A stretch of 45,231 nucleotides of DNA, taken from an uncultured Methanosarcinales archaeon. GTDB lineage: Archaea; Nanobdellota; Nanobdellia; Woesearchaeales; CALCXY01. The stretch spans positions 1 through 45,231 of the forward strand of contig CAYLOA010000006.1 in NCBI GenBank assembly GCA_964385185.1, given 5' to 3'. Position 1 is the first letter of the stretch. Each line of letters begins with the position of its first letter. Below the pieces are notes generated by a model. That model saw only the letters and a list, made by a program, of their open reading frames with translations, had not been told where the DNA came from and did no database searches. The translations under genes were made by a program, and so were the position numbers. Below are positions 16,769 through 26,225 of the stretch, one piece after another.

Positions 16769-17251
16769 TTAATGCCCATACTTACCTGCTATATTAGCAA
16801 GTAATTGAACAAATGTTGCTACTCCTGATAATGCTAGTAATATAAACACATAGAATGCATACGGACAATAAAAGTGGAAAAATAACACAATCATTGCCAT
16901 CCAAACTCCTGTACACCAAGGGCAAGAAACTAATTGAGTTACTTTCCTCCTAATCCCTGATTTAGGACAGTGTCTTACAATTTTCAACATACCTGATTTT
17001 TTGTCTTTCTTTGTAACTTTATCTAAAAATAAGTCTCGAATAAATTGAGCAATTTTATCATAGACAAATAATCTAATTAATCTATATATTGCTAATACGA
17101 GTATAACAAATTCAAAAACAGTAACTGATAAATCTTTATTTCTTAAAACGTAAATGCCACCAATAACTAAGAGTGTCCATATTAATGTAAACACAGCAGC
17201 CATGATTTGTTCATCAGAAGATTCTATTTTCTCAACATTCAAGTTTGTCAT
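16769..17251 (-). CDS. DUF1360-like membrane protein
   Basis: LAIYRLIRLFVYDKI...IR; CPWCTGVW. Confidence 0.85.
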   Translation of the reverse strand: MTNLNVEKIESSDEQIMAAVFTLIWTLLVIGGIYVLRNKDLSVTVFEFVILVLAIYRLIRLFVYDKIAQFIRDLFLDKVTKKDKKSGMLKIVRHCPKSGIRRKVTQLVSCPWCTGVWMAMIVLFFHFYCPYAFYVFILLALSGVATFVQLLANIAGKYGH

Positions 17252-17331
17252 ATAGATACTCTAGAATCTATGTTATATAAATATTAGCATCAAGTCAGTA
17301 AGTTTTTATAAATCGAAGATATACTGATAGT

Positions 17332-17640
17332 ATGACTTTTTTTCAGCCTCAATCGGTAACAAGAGCATGTCAAGCGACAACTCTTGCTATGATTATTTAT
17401 GGTTCAGCGATATTACCTTCTACTGTGAAAAAATCAGTAGATCACGTAAGTAAAGTCATGTATTCTATTGGAGTTGGTGTAGTAGAATCTTCTATGCATC
17501 ACATGTATACTTCTCACATTCTTCCTGAATTACAACATCAGGTTGATAATATATTACAAGAGGTAGGGAAAAAATATTTCGAGAGAGCATTGAGAAATGA
17601 ATTGTATAGAAGAGCACATCCAGAAAAACTATTTATTTAA
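17332..17640 (+). CDS. Hypothetical protein
   Basis: Leaderless ORF after TTTTTATAAA. Confidence 0.55.
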   Translation: MTFFQPQSVTRACQATTLAMIIYGSAILPSTVKKSVDHVSKVMYSIGVGVVESSMHHMYTSHILPELQHQVDNILQEVGKKYFERALRNELYRRAHPEKLFI

Positions 17641-19528
17641 TCCTAATAACTTCCAAATTCCTAGGAGCATTTGTCTCAATTCTAAACCCTTTATGGATAC
17701 CAGAAGCTAAATCAAGACAAGCTTTATTCTCTCCGTGATTAAGAATGACTTTCTTAGGTCGAGGAGTTACATTTTGAATGTATTTCATTAATTGAGCTCT
17801 GTCTGAGTGGTTACTTACTTCTAATCTGTGGACTTCCATGTTTAATTCAATCATTTCAGTCTTATTTCCTTCTTTGAAGATTAATTCCCTTTGACCATTC
17901 ATAATCTTTCTTCCCATACTTCCTTCTCCTTGATAACAGCTAAACACTAATGAATGTTTTTTATCTGAAGCTAGATTTTTAAGATATTCAACAGATGGAC
18001 CACCTACAAGCATTCCTGAAGTTGCCAGAAGAACACAAGGTCCTCCTTCTTCATAGATCTCCATTCTTTCTTTCTTTGATCCCACTCTTTTGAAGATTTT
18101 TGATAAAAATGGATTTGCTTCTTTATGGAAAATGCTTTTCCTAATATCTTGTGTTAAAAATTCTGGATAGGCTGTATGGATTGCAGTAACATCCCATACT
18201 AATCCATCAATATATACAGGAATTTCATCTAATTCTCCTTTTCTGACCATGGACTCAATCATCATCATGATTTCTTGAGCTCTTCCTGATCCTAGGATTG
18301 GCATTAATACTTTTCCTCGTCTTCCAATCGTGTCTTTGATAATTTTCTTTAGATAATCATCAGATTCCGTTGGTGATGGCATTACTTTATCTTTTGATCC
18401 GTAGGTAGCTTCCATCATTAAGGTTTCTAATCTAGGAAATTGATCATTTGCAGGGTCTAACAACATGGTTTTACCATATTTCATGTCAGCTCCGTAACAC
18501 AAATTGTGTAATCCATTTCCAATATGAAGATGGCACATTGCAGAACCTAAAATATGTCCTGAATTGTATAAGGTAAGTCTAATGTCTGGAGTAATGTCTG
18601 AAACTTCCCCAAATTCTAAGGTGATGGTATGTTTGACAAACTCTCGAATATGTTCTACATCAAATACACTTTCTTTTTTATCATTCTTCATGATTTTTAC
18701 AAAATCTAGTAAAAGTAATGAGGAGACATCTCTTGTGGGAGCGGTACAGTAGACAGGACCATTATAACCCATCTTGAACAACCAAGGTAAAAAACCACAG
18801 TGATCGATGTGTGAGTGTGATAAAATAACAGCATCTAACTGACTGATATCAAATTCTGGAGCTTCTAGGTGTGGATAAGACTCTTCAGGAGTGTGTGCAG
18901 CAACGTTTACACCACAATCAAGTAATACTCTTGACTCTGGCGTTTGTAGAAGCATACATGACCTTCCTACCTGTCTTCCTGATCCGAAATAGGATAGTCT
19001 AATCCATTCATTTCTTCGCTCTCTAATCCATCCATCATAGATTCTATGACCGATTTTATCTAAGAACTTTCTTCGATATTCTGAATTTTGATAGAGAACG
19101 GCTCTAATATTTTCGATTAATTCTGATCTAATTGCTGGAGTTCTTCTTACTAAGGGTACCCAGAATGTTTTTGCTCTAATTTCTTTTAACAGTGCACCTT
19201 GTTTACCAATAGCTAAACCTGGTTTTTCTGTTTCGATAATAACAATACTTCTATGTTCATCAAAAATAATGTTTCCTACACCTGCTTCTTTAGGTAGAAT
19301 TTTCTTAATAGCTTTTTCTGCCTTCTCCATATCTAGAGTTATTTTGGGATCTGGCCGTAATTCTACTCTTTTCTTGATATCATCAACAATTTTCTTAATA
19401 ATACCTTTATTTTCTAGAAAGAACTCTTCGTCCTTAGTATACAATACAATGTTTGCGCCTTCAAAACATGCTTCAGAAATTTTACCGTCCGGAATATGCT
19501 TTAAGACTTCGTCAATAATTTTTACCAT
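17633..19528 (-). CDS. fttA: KH-domain beta-CASP ribonuclease aCPSF1 (FttA)
   Basis: N-terminal KH domains (PGLAIGKQG), HSHIDH, GHILGS, SNHSD; adjacent to psmB as is usual in archaea. Confidence 0.95.
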   Translation of the reverse strand: MVKIIDEVLKHIPDGKISEACFEGANIVLYTKDEEFFLENKGIIKKIVDDIKKRVELRPDPKITLDMEKAEKAIKKILPKEAGVGNIIFDEHRSIVIIETEKPGLAIGKQGALLKEIRAKTFWVPLVRRTPAIRSELIENIRAVLYQNSEYRRKFLDKIGHRIYDGWIRERRNEWIRLSYFGSGRQVGRSCMLLQTPESRVLLDCGVNVAAHTPEESYPHLEAPEFDISQLDAVILSHSHIDHCGFLPWLFKMGYNGPVYCTAPTRDVSSLLLLDFVKIMKNDKKESVFDVEHIREFVKHTITLEFGEVSDITPDIRLTLYNSGHILGSAMCHLHIGNGLHNLCYGADMKYGKTMLLDPANDQFPRLETLMMEATYGSKDKVMPSPTESDDYLKKIIKDTIGRRGKVLMPILGSGRAQEIMMMIESMVRKGELDEIPVYIDGLVWDVTAIHTAYPEFLTQDIRKSIFHKEANPFLSKIFKRVGSKKERMEIYEEGGPCVLLATSGMLVGGPSVEYLKNLASDKKHSLVFSCYQGEGSMGRKIMNGQRELIFKEGNKTEMIELNMEVHRLEVSNHSDRAQLMKYIQNVTPRPKKVILNHGENKACLDLASGIHKGFRIETNAPRNLEVIRIK

Positions 19529-19536
19529 TTAAGAAT

Positions 19537-20178
19537 TTATACCTCAATTTTCGTTGTAATCTCTTTATTTATTACTCTTTTCATACCACTTTCTGTGATA
19601 GTTACTACATCAATACCGTTTCCTGATGCTGAATCTCGTTGGATTGCAGCGTTAATACAAGCAACAGCCATAGTAACTCCTTCTTCTATACTCATATCAG
19701 GTTTCCACATAGTCTCTAAGACTCCGTAAGCCATAACGCTTCCTGAACCTGAAGAGATAAAATCTGGAATATCTTGAATAGAACCATCAGCAAATATTTC
19801 GTATAGGTGTGTACCTTCTCGGTCTTTTCCACCCATAAGGAAATGAGCAATTCCTGGAATCATGGACATTTTTCTGATGTTATTGTATACCATTCTTGCC
19901 ATTAAATTTGCTGTTTCTTTAACAAAGACTTCTTGACCCATTCTCATTTGTCTTAGTTTTGTTTCAGAGGAAACTAATCTAATGAGTAATTGTGCATCAG
20001 AAACAGTTCCAGCCATAGTGACTGCAATGTTTTTTGATATTTCTTCAACTTTTTTGGCTCGTTTACTAGCAATAAGGTGGCCAGAAGTAGCTCGCTTATC
20101 AGCAGCTAATACTACGCCATCTTTGCAGACGATTCCAACAGTTGTAGTTCCTGTTTTTAATATATTTTTTTGTTCCAT
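19537..20178 (-). CDS. psmB: Proteasome subunit beta
   Basis: Propeptide ...KTG|TTTVG, AADKRAT, GSGS, RDSASG. Confidence 0.96.
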   Translation of the reverse strand: MEQKNILKTGTTTVGIVCKDGVVLAADKRATSGHLIASKRAKKVEEISKNIAVTMAGTVSDAQLLIRLVSSETKLRQMRMGQEVFVKETANLMARMVYNNIRKMSMIPGIAHFLMGGKDREGTHLYEIFADGSIQDIPDFISSGSGSVMAYGVLETMWKPDMSIEEGVTMAVACINAAIQRDSASGNGIDVVTITESGMKRVINKEITTKIEV

Positions 20179-20282
20179 ATTAGAACTCTTATTCCTTAAG
20201 AATGTACTTATGTAGTGTGGGGTTGTTTATAAAGTTTATGGTTTTGTGTTGGAAAGTTAAAAAAAGAAAATAAAAAAAGTAA

Positions 20283-21350
20283 TTATTGCCGTTTTTTCAT
20301 GATAACAGCAATTAAACCAATTAACACAATTATTCCTACAATGTAACCTGCGATAATCCAGCCTAGGTTATTGTCTGAGCTTCTTCGTGCTGAAGGTGCT
20401 TGGACTGCTCCTGAAGTTGGTTGTACCGTAGTAATTGTTGGTACCGTAGGTGCAACAGTAGTAGGTGTAGTAGGTGCAATTGTTGTTGGAGTTGGCGCTG
20501 CTACAACAGGCGTTGGAGTAGCTACAACAGGTGTAGTATCACAAGTAACTGTTAAGTCCTTTGATACTGACTCCTTCTCTCGGCCATCTCTATACAACAC
20601 ATTTACAATAAATTGATAAATGTCTGGTTTAGTGTCTTTTGGTATTTTAACTGAATATGAATTACTAAATTCAGTGTCATCGTCTTCTCCCCCTTCTTCA
20701 AGGTCGAATACTTCAGCGAATCTGATATCTAGTTCTTCATTTCTAATTTCAAGCTCAACATCATCTTCGTCTTCTGCACCAATATTAAACACTTCTACCA
20801 ATAGTGAATTTGTTCTACCACATGCAATAGTATCTCTATCGAAAGTCACTCGATTAATCTCTAATTTGTGATTTTCTTTGTCGATTTCGATAGTAAAGAA
20901 TGCTGAATCGGTTTGTTTGATTCCAGAATCATTTCGTCCTTCAACAGTTATGTTTAGGTCGTAATCATCTTCTTCTACTCTTTCTGGAACTTTATATTCA
21001 ATTGTTACGGTATCTTTGTCACCGTTATCATCTAGATCGAATTCATCAGGCTCTTCATCAGGTTCAAGATCGTCACCATCGTCTAAATCTTCAATATCTC
21101 CAGTCACTTCAATATCTGTGATTTCAGTATTTGCGGCTGAAGATGGATAAATATTTTCAACTTTAAGTTTGATAGATATTTTGTCTCCAGGTTCGACGTT
21201 GTTAATATTTCCACCGTCGTTACCTACGTTTTCTTTGTCACCAGAAACTTTGACAGTTATGTCTACAATTTCTAGAAAACTTGCTGCAGCTGTTTGTGCT
21301 ACAAATAGCATCAATACAGCCATGATCGTCATTAGATATAGTTTTTTCAT
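20283..21350 (-). CDS. Acidic cell-surface protein (Ig/CARDB-like domains, Pro/Thr linker, C-terminal TM anchor)
   Basis: Signal peptide, V.NIG..DE.DV motif, PT-rich stretch, TM followed by KKR. Confidence 0.75.
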   Translation of the reverse strand: MKKLYLMTIMAVLMLFVAQTAAASFLEIVDITVKVSGDKENVGNDGGNINNVEPGDKISIKLKVENIYPSSAANTEITDIEVTGDIEDLDDGDDLEPDEEPDEFDLDDNGDKDTVTIEYKVPERVEEDDYDLNITVEGRNDSGIKQTDSAFFTIEIDKENHKLEINRVTFDRDTIACGRTNSLLVEVFNIGAEDEDDVELEIRNEELDIRFAEVFDLEEGGEDDDTEFSNSYSVKIPKDTKPDIYQFIVNVLYRDGREKESVSKDLTVTCDTTPVVATPTPVVAAPTPTTIAPTTPTTVAPTVPTITTVQPTSGAVQAPSARRSSDNNLGWIIAGYIVGIIVLIGLIAVIMKKRQ

Positions 21351-21488
21351 TATGAACCCTCCAATTATTAAATGTTATTTTTTAAAATCAACTAATGTAT
21401 ATAAGCTTTTTGCTCCTAGAGAATAGTAATGCAAATTGAATGTGAAATTGAGCAATGTTATTTATAGTTAATAGAATTAATATTTGTT

Positions 21489-21800
21489 ATGGTCGATGGA
21501 ATAATTCCGGAAGGTATGCAATTTAATTGGTGGGGAGTACCTGGTATTATGACATATGCAGTTTGCTCTGTGGGTTGGACTGCTGGTGCATTTATTGGAT
21601 ATTTTAGTCCAAGTATTGAAAAACATGTCAGGGAGCTAGCTGTTAAGAATTTTGAGATTCCCACAAAACGGATTAAGACTAATTGGGGCACCAATATTGC
21701 TTGTGCATTTACAGGAGCCTTAAATGGAGCTCCTTATGGTACTTATGGGATGATTTTCAGTGGTTTACTATCAGCGGGTGTTGCTGAATCATTGTATTGA
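21489..21800 (+). CDS. Hypothetical membrane protein, possibly cut by a premature TGA
   Basis: Frame stays open 44 further codons to TAA at 21933-21935. Confidence 0.55.
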   Translation: MVDGIIPEGMQFNWWGVPGIMTYAVCSVGWTAGAFIGYFSPSIEKHVRELAVKNFEIPTKRIKTNWGTNIACAFTGALNGAPYGTYGMIFSGLLSAGVAESLY

Positions 21801-21931
21801 ATAGGAAAACACATTTCTTGTCCTCAAGAAAAAAGCTCTTTAGAGAATACTGTGACCAAGGAAGAGTGTAATGATCAGACAATACGAAGAAATCTCATAG
21901 ATTCTTATGGTTCTGATAATCCTCCGTTAAA

Positions 21932-23362
21932 TTAATAATTCCTAGAAAAATAAATAACTACTTTTGCAGGTTTGGAACAATGGACGCATTTGCCATCTGC
22001 TGTTTCTTTGAAGGGGATACATCTTGACGTTGCAGTAGTCTTTTCTTGTATTTGAGTTTCACATGCAGTTTCACCACAATGTAACGTTTTAGCCATTTTT
22101 TTGTCTTTAATAGCGTCTTCAAACTCAGAGAAATTGGAAACTTCTACTATATTGTCTTTCATTTCTTTATCTGCTTTCTTGAACATGTCATTTTGCATGG
22201 TTTCTAGAGTTTTGTTAATTTCTTTTGTAATATCTTTAAGTGGGACAAACTCTTTTTTACCGGTATCTCTTCTAACAATAACACATTGATCTTTTTCAAC
22301 ATCTCTTGGACCAATTTCAATCCTTAGTGGAACTCCTTTCATCTCCCATTCGTTAAATTTCCATCCTGGAGTGACTTCTTCTCTATCGTCTAATATAGGA
22401 TTGAATTCTTTTAGAGTTGATTCAAGTTTTTTTGCAACCTTATCTGGTTCATCAGATTTTCCTTTGAATACTATAGGTACGATTACTACTTTGTTTTCTG
22501 CTGCATTGGGTGGGATGATTAATCCTTTGTCGTCAGCATGCATCATCACCATAGCTCCTAGCATTCTTGTGGAGAATCCCCAAGAGTTTTGCCAAGGGAT
22601 GGCTTTTTTTTCATTTTTGTCTAAATAGGATATTTCGAATGATTTTGCAAAACCTTGGCCTAAGTTGTGTGAAGTTCCCATTTGCAAGGCTTTTCCGTCT
22701 GGCATTAAGGATTCAAAGGTGTAAGTTGTTTTAGCACCGGGAAACTTTTCTTTTTCTGTCTTTGTTCCTGTTATAGAAGGTATTGCTAAGATGTTTTTTG
22801 CTAGGTTTTGATATTCATCTAATATTTCTAGTGTTTCCTTTTCACATTCTTCTTCTGATTCATAGACACAATGGCCTTCTTGCCAGAGAAATTCTCTTGA
22901 TCTTAAGAATAGTTTAACGTCAGAGACTTCCCATCGTAATACATTACACCATTGATTGAGTCTTAACGGTAGGTCTCTCCAAGATCTTACCCATTTACTG
23001 TATGCATCATACATGATGGTTTCTGAAGTGGGTCTGATCGCTAGTTTTTCTGCATCTTCTGATTTTCTATTTACCCAAGCTAATTCTGGTGCAAATCCTT
23101 CTGCATGTTCTGCCTCTCTTTTGAAGAATGATTCTGGGATTAATAATGGAAAGTATGCGTTTTGTACTTTGTATTTTTTTAAGGTGAGATTGAATTCATC
23201 TTGTATTTTTTGCCAGATTGAATATCCATTTGGTCTGATAATCATAAATCCGGAAACGGGAGAGAAGTCTGCAAGTTCTCCTTTAAGGACTACTTGTTCA
23301 TACCATTCAGGCATGTCATCTTCTTTCTTTATGGTTATTCCTCTATCTTTGTCTTCTGACAT
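21932..23362 (-). CDS. proS: Proline--tRNA ligase (archaeal/eukaryotic type)
   Basis: RPTSET, FLRSREFLWQEGH, QMGTSH.LGQ.F, C-terminal zinc domain ending in Y. Confidence 0.97.
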   Translation of the reverse strand: MSEDKDRGITIKKEDDMPEWYEQVVLKGELADFSPVSGFMIIRPNGYSIWQKIQDEFNLTLKKYKVQNAYFPLLIPESFFKREAEHAEGFAPELAWVNRKSEDAEKLAIRPTSETIMYDAYSKWVRSWRDLPLRLNQWCNVLRWEVSDVKLFLRSREFLWQEGHCVYESEEECEKETLEILDEYQNLAKNILAIPSITGTKTEKEKFPGAKTTYTFESLMPDGKALQMGTSHNLGQGFAKSFEISYLDKNEKKAIPWQNSWGFSTRMLGAMVMMHADDKGLIIPPNAAENKVVIVPIVFKGKSDEPDKVAKKLESTLKEFNPILDDREEVTPGWKFNEWEMKGVPLRIEIGPRDVEKDQCVIVRRDTGKKEFVPLKDITKEINKTLETMQNDMFKKADKEMKDNIVEVSNFSEFEDAIKDKKMAKTLHCGETACETQIQEKTTATSRCIPFKETADGKCVHCSKPAKVVIYFSRNY

Positions 23363-23443
23363 AGAGTTGTAATCATAATAGAAGTATATATAGGTTTTGT
23401 TGAATACCATACTTTTTTAAATTAAAATACATTCTCATCAATT

Positions 23444-24004
23444 ATGTGGGGGAAAGTTACAATACAATTCTTTATTGCGATAGCTGTTGTATTCTCAATG
23501 ATGTCTATAGCTTACAATGCAATTCCTGAAGTGGAACAAGTTCCTGTTGTATTTATTCAAGGAGAGCCAGATACTTTTGAAATTGGTCAGGCAAGCAATA
23601 GGGCCTTTACGGGCTGGGTTACAGGAGCACCCTTAGTTCAAGGAAGAAGTGTCCATGAAAGCTACAATCCTTATTATGGTAGAGGATATGACTATGATCG
23701 ATATGATGATAGGTACAATGATGGAGATAGAGGGTATTTATTCCGATCTGGAGATTGTAAATCGTATTATACTGATGAATTTCATCCACTGTATGGAGAA
23801 TGTCGTGACTTTACTGATATAGACGAGAATCCTCACCAAATTAGACGATGTGATAAGTTTTGTAGTTTTGATTTTAATGAAAAGTTTGATTTGTGCGAAG
23901 CTAATTATGCTGATGGAACAAGAGAATTAGGACAGTGTGTTGATCATTACATTTCTAAAGAGAATAATTATGATAGTATTTGTTTTAATGAATGTGTAGT
24001 TTGA
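23444..24004 (+). CDS. Secreted/anchored Tyr-Asp-rich, Cys-containing protein
   Basis: N-terminal hydrophobic segment, YDYDRYDDRYNDG, 8 Cys in the C-terminal half. Confidence 0.7.
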   Translation: MWGKVTIQFFIAIAVVFSMMSIAYNAIPEVEQVPVVFIQGEPDTFEIGQASNRAFTGWVTGAPLVQGRSVHESYNPYYGRGYDYDRYDDRYNDGDRGYLFRSGDCKSYYTDEFHPLYGECRDFTDIDENPHQIRRCDKFCSFDFNEKFDLCEANYADGTRELGQCVDHYISKENNYDSICFNECVV

Positions 24005-24048
24005 TTTTTTCTTTTGAATTTGAGATGTACTTGATTCTATACTTTGGT

Positions 24049-24135
24049 ACTGCTGGACTTTGAGGTGCTCACAGAGCACCAGCCCTTCTGCATTTGCCAC
24101 CATTAGAGTCAAATGCAGGGGCTTAGTCCAGCAGT
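24049..24135 (+). repeat. ACA-triloop three-way-junction element, copy 5
   Basis: ACTGCTGGACT-TTGA-GGTGCTC-ACA-GAGCACC-AGCCC-TT-CTGCATTTG-loop-CAAATGCAG-GGGCT-T-AGTCCAGCAGT. Confidence 0.8.
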
Positions 24136-24201
24136 GACTATTGTGATATGTATTTTCATTTCTCTATATTCTTTTAAATGTAAAAGCGTTTTACTCTCTG
24201 T

Positions 24202-24813
24202 ATGAAAGGAAAGTTTCTATTATCCACTTTATTGATGCTACTATTAGTAGCTTCTTCAGTAAGTGCATTAACGTATGTTATTGAAGATGAAAATCAATTA
24301 CCTACTAAGCCATGGAGTGTTAATCAAAAAGCAAAGTATGAATCTACAAGGATAACTGATACACAACCTGATATTAATTATAATATTCAATGGCAACATC
24401 ATCAAAGAAGTCGATATTATTCTGATTATTTGTATGACGATGATTATTGGGATGATAGATACGATAGATATAATGATTATGACAGATACAATGATGGTAA
24501 TCGAAGAACGTATTCAAGATATGGATATACAACTTCTAGCAGACTAAGTTATGCTGATAATTACCGATATTATGACAGATATCCTGATTCTCGATATTCA
24601 AACAGTAGGTATGGATACGATGATTATCACAGAGAAGCTTCAAGTTATTATAGAAACCGATTGTTAGACAGTAATGATTTGTATGATTACGCTCAATACA
24701 GAAGTCATAACCGATGTTATAAGACTTGTAATGATCAATATGATCCCTATCAAGATAGAAATGTTAATTCTTGTTCTCAAACTTGTAAAGGACCTTATTA
24801 TGGGTATTATTGA
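24202..24813 (+). CDS. Secreted Tyr/Asp/Arg-rich protein
   Basis: Signal peptide, YDRYND repeats, C-terminal twin CxxxC. Confidence 0.72.
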   Translation: MKGKFLLSTLLMLLLVASSVSALTYVIEDENQLPTKPWSVNQKAKYESTRITDTQPDINYNIQWQHHQRSRYYSDYLYDDDYWDDRYDRYNDYDRYNDGNRRTYSRYGYTTSSRLSYADNYRYYDRYPDSRYSNSRYGYDDYHREASSYYRNRLLDSNDLYDYAQYRSHNRCYKTCNDQYDPYQDRNVNSCSQTCKGPYYGYY

Positions 24814-24859
24814 AAATTAAAATTTTCAATTCCTCAACGTTCTAGCGAACATTGAGTTA

Positions 24860-25405
24860 TTAAAACTCATCCTGATCTTTTAACATTTGTTTTAATCCTT
24901 CTGGAAGCACTGGTTTGTGATTCTCAATTAAATATCTAAAAGGAAGGATAACAGACTCACCATCTTTCATGGGAATTTCTATTTCATCTTCAAATTCTAA
25001 TTTTTCTAGGGGTTTACCTTCTGAAATCTTTTTAGCAACCAATACTGCTGTATTTGTGGACATTTGTTTATTCCCTAAATTTCTTTTTTCAGCTTGTATT
25101 GTAATTTCAGCTGTTCTATCTTGTGGAGGGTCATCACCTAGAATACCTCCAAAGATAAGATAGTCAAAGGTATCATCCGGAGAGAGCGTTTTTTCAGCTC
25201 TCGGGTCTAGGATACATGCATTATTAGGTTGTATTTCATTTACCGATTCTTCTTTGATTTCTCCAAAGGGCTTTAATTTCAAGGAAGGTTCTGTAATATT
25301 GCTAAATATAATGTTTTCTTTACCCACAGTTTGAGAAATATGTTTGTATTCAATCATACACCATTTAGAAAGTTCTGGTTCAAGATGTTCAATAATATAT
25401 TTCAT
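24860..25405 (-). CDS. Sfm1-like SPOUT methyltransferase
   Basis: YIIEHLE, ILDP.A...L.P.D, FGGILGDDPP.DRT, LG.KQMSTNTAV, LPFRY. Confidence 0.88.
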   Translation of the reverse strand: MKYIIEHLEPELSKWCMIEYKHISQTVGKENIIFSNITEPSLKLKPFGEIKEESVNEIQPNNACILDPRAEKTLSPDDTFDYLIFGGILGDDPPQDRTAEITIQAEKRNLGNKQMSTNTAVLVAKKISEGKPLEKLEFEDEIEIPMKDGESVILPFRYLIENHKPVLPEGLKQMLKDQDEF

Positions 25406-25614
25406 CTTAAGAATCTCTTGGCTATTGCCCAAAGTCCCCAACCGATTAGAATAATTGCAACTAAAGGAAGATCTATTTCATAGAGTCTTTCTACAAGCCA
25501 GACGGTTCCCAAGAGGATTAAGAATAAGGGAAATCCAATTCCACCTTGTGAGATAACGTATTGTTGATTCTTTTGATGATACCCCACCGGTTTTGCTTCT
25601 TTAGGTTCTGTCAT
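25402..25614 (-). CDS. Small two-TM protein
   Basis: LILLG..WL...P...IL.G pattern; ATGA overlap with the next gene. Confidence 0.7.
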   Translation of the reverse strand: MTEPKEAKPVGYHQKNQQYVISQGGIGFPLFLILLGTVWLVERLYEIDLPLVAIILIGWGLWAIAKRFLR

Positions 25615-25656
25615 AGAAGTAATGGGTGTGGAAGAGTATAAAAATGTTACTTTTAA

Positions 25657-25785
25657 TTATCTTGCAGAAATAATTTCATTATATGTCTTGTCAAATCGAT
25701 TGGATGCATCATTTATTCTTTTCATGATTGCATTTACTTTTTCTTTTTTCTTTTCCACATATAATTTTCGTTCTTTATCAGTCAT
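25657..25785 (-). CDS. Small basic hypothetical protein (42 aa; not in ORF track)
   Basis: MTDKERKLYVEKKKEKVNAIMKRINDASNRFDKTYNEIISAR with GGAG upstream. Confidence 0.5.
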   Translation of the reverse strand: MTDKERKLYVEKKKEKVNAIMKRINDASNRFDKTYNEIISAR

Positions 25786-25829
25786 TTTTACTCCAATATC
25801 AATTTCAATTTAATCGTATTTAAATTTTT

Positions 25830-26225
25830 CTAAATGTGGTGGTTTTCTTCTAAAATTTCATGTATTTCTTGTTTTAATTCATCTGATTCTTGCAATAACA
25901 TTTCTTTTTCTTTTTTTAGATTGGTTACCTTTTGATCTAATATTTTCATACGAGATTCCATAACAATTTTATGTATTGCAAAAGTAAATAAAACCACTAA
26001 AACAAAATAGCTCACTTTCGGAAGTGTCAATTGTGCTGTAGCTCCCCAATATATTAAAATAGCTTGCTCTAGTGTATAGATTAATAGGAATAATACTTCA
26101 AGAAATGTTCGAGTGTGAAAAGCAAATAATCTAAACTCATTCCAGTTTCCAGACAATGATCTTAGAATTGTTCCTAGGAATACTATTTTCTTTTTAGAGG
26201 GAGTTATGGGGATTGTTTCACTCAT
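25830..26225 (-). CDS. Hypothetical membrane protein with coiled-coil tail
   Basis: Two TM segments; ATGA overlap with pyrC. Confidence 0.65.
   Translation of the reverse strand: MSETIPITPSKKKIVFLGTILRSLSGNWNEFRLFAFHTRTFLEVLFLLIYTLEQAILIYWGATAQLTLPKVSYFVLVVLFTFAIHKIVMESRMKILDQKVTNLKKEKEMLLQESDELKQEIHEILEENHHI

Noticed and set aside
21798..21800. Genome-wide TGA recoding
   Set aside because: Well-identified genes (pyrC, pyrE, moxR) end at TGA at the expected length, and ATGA overlaps are common.
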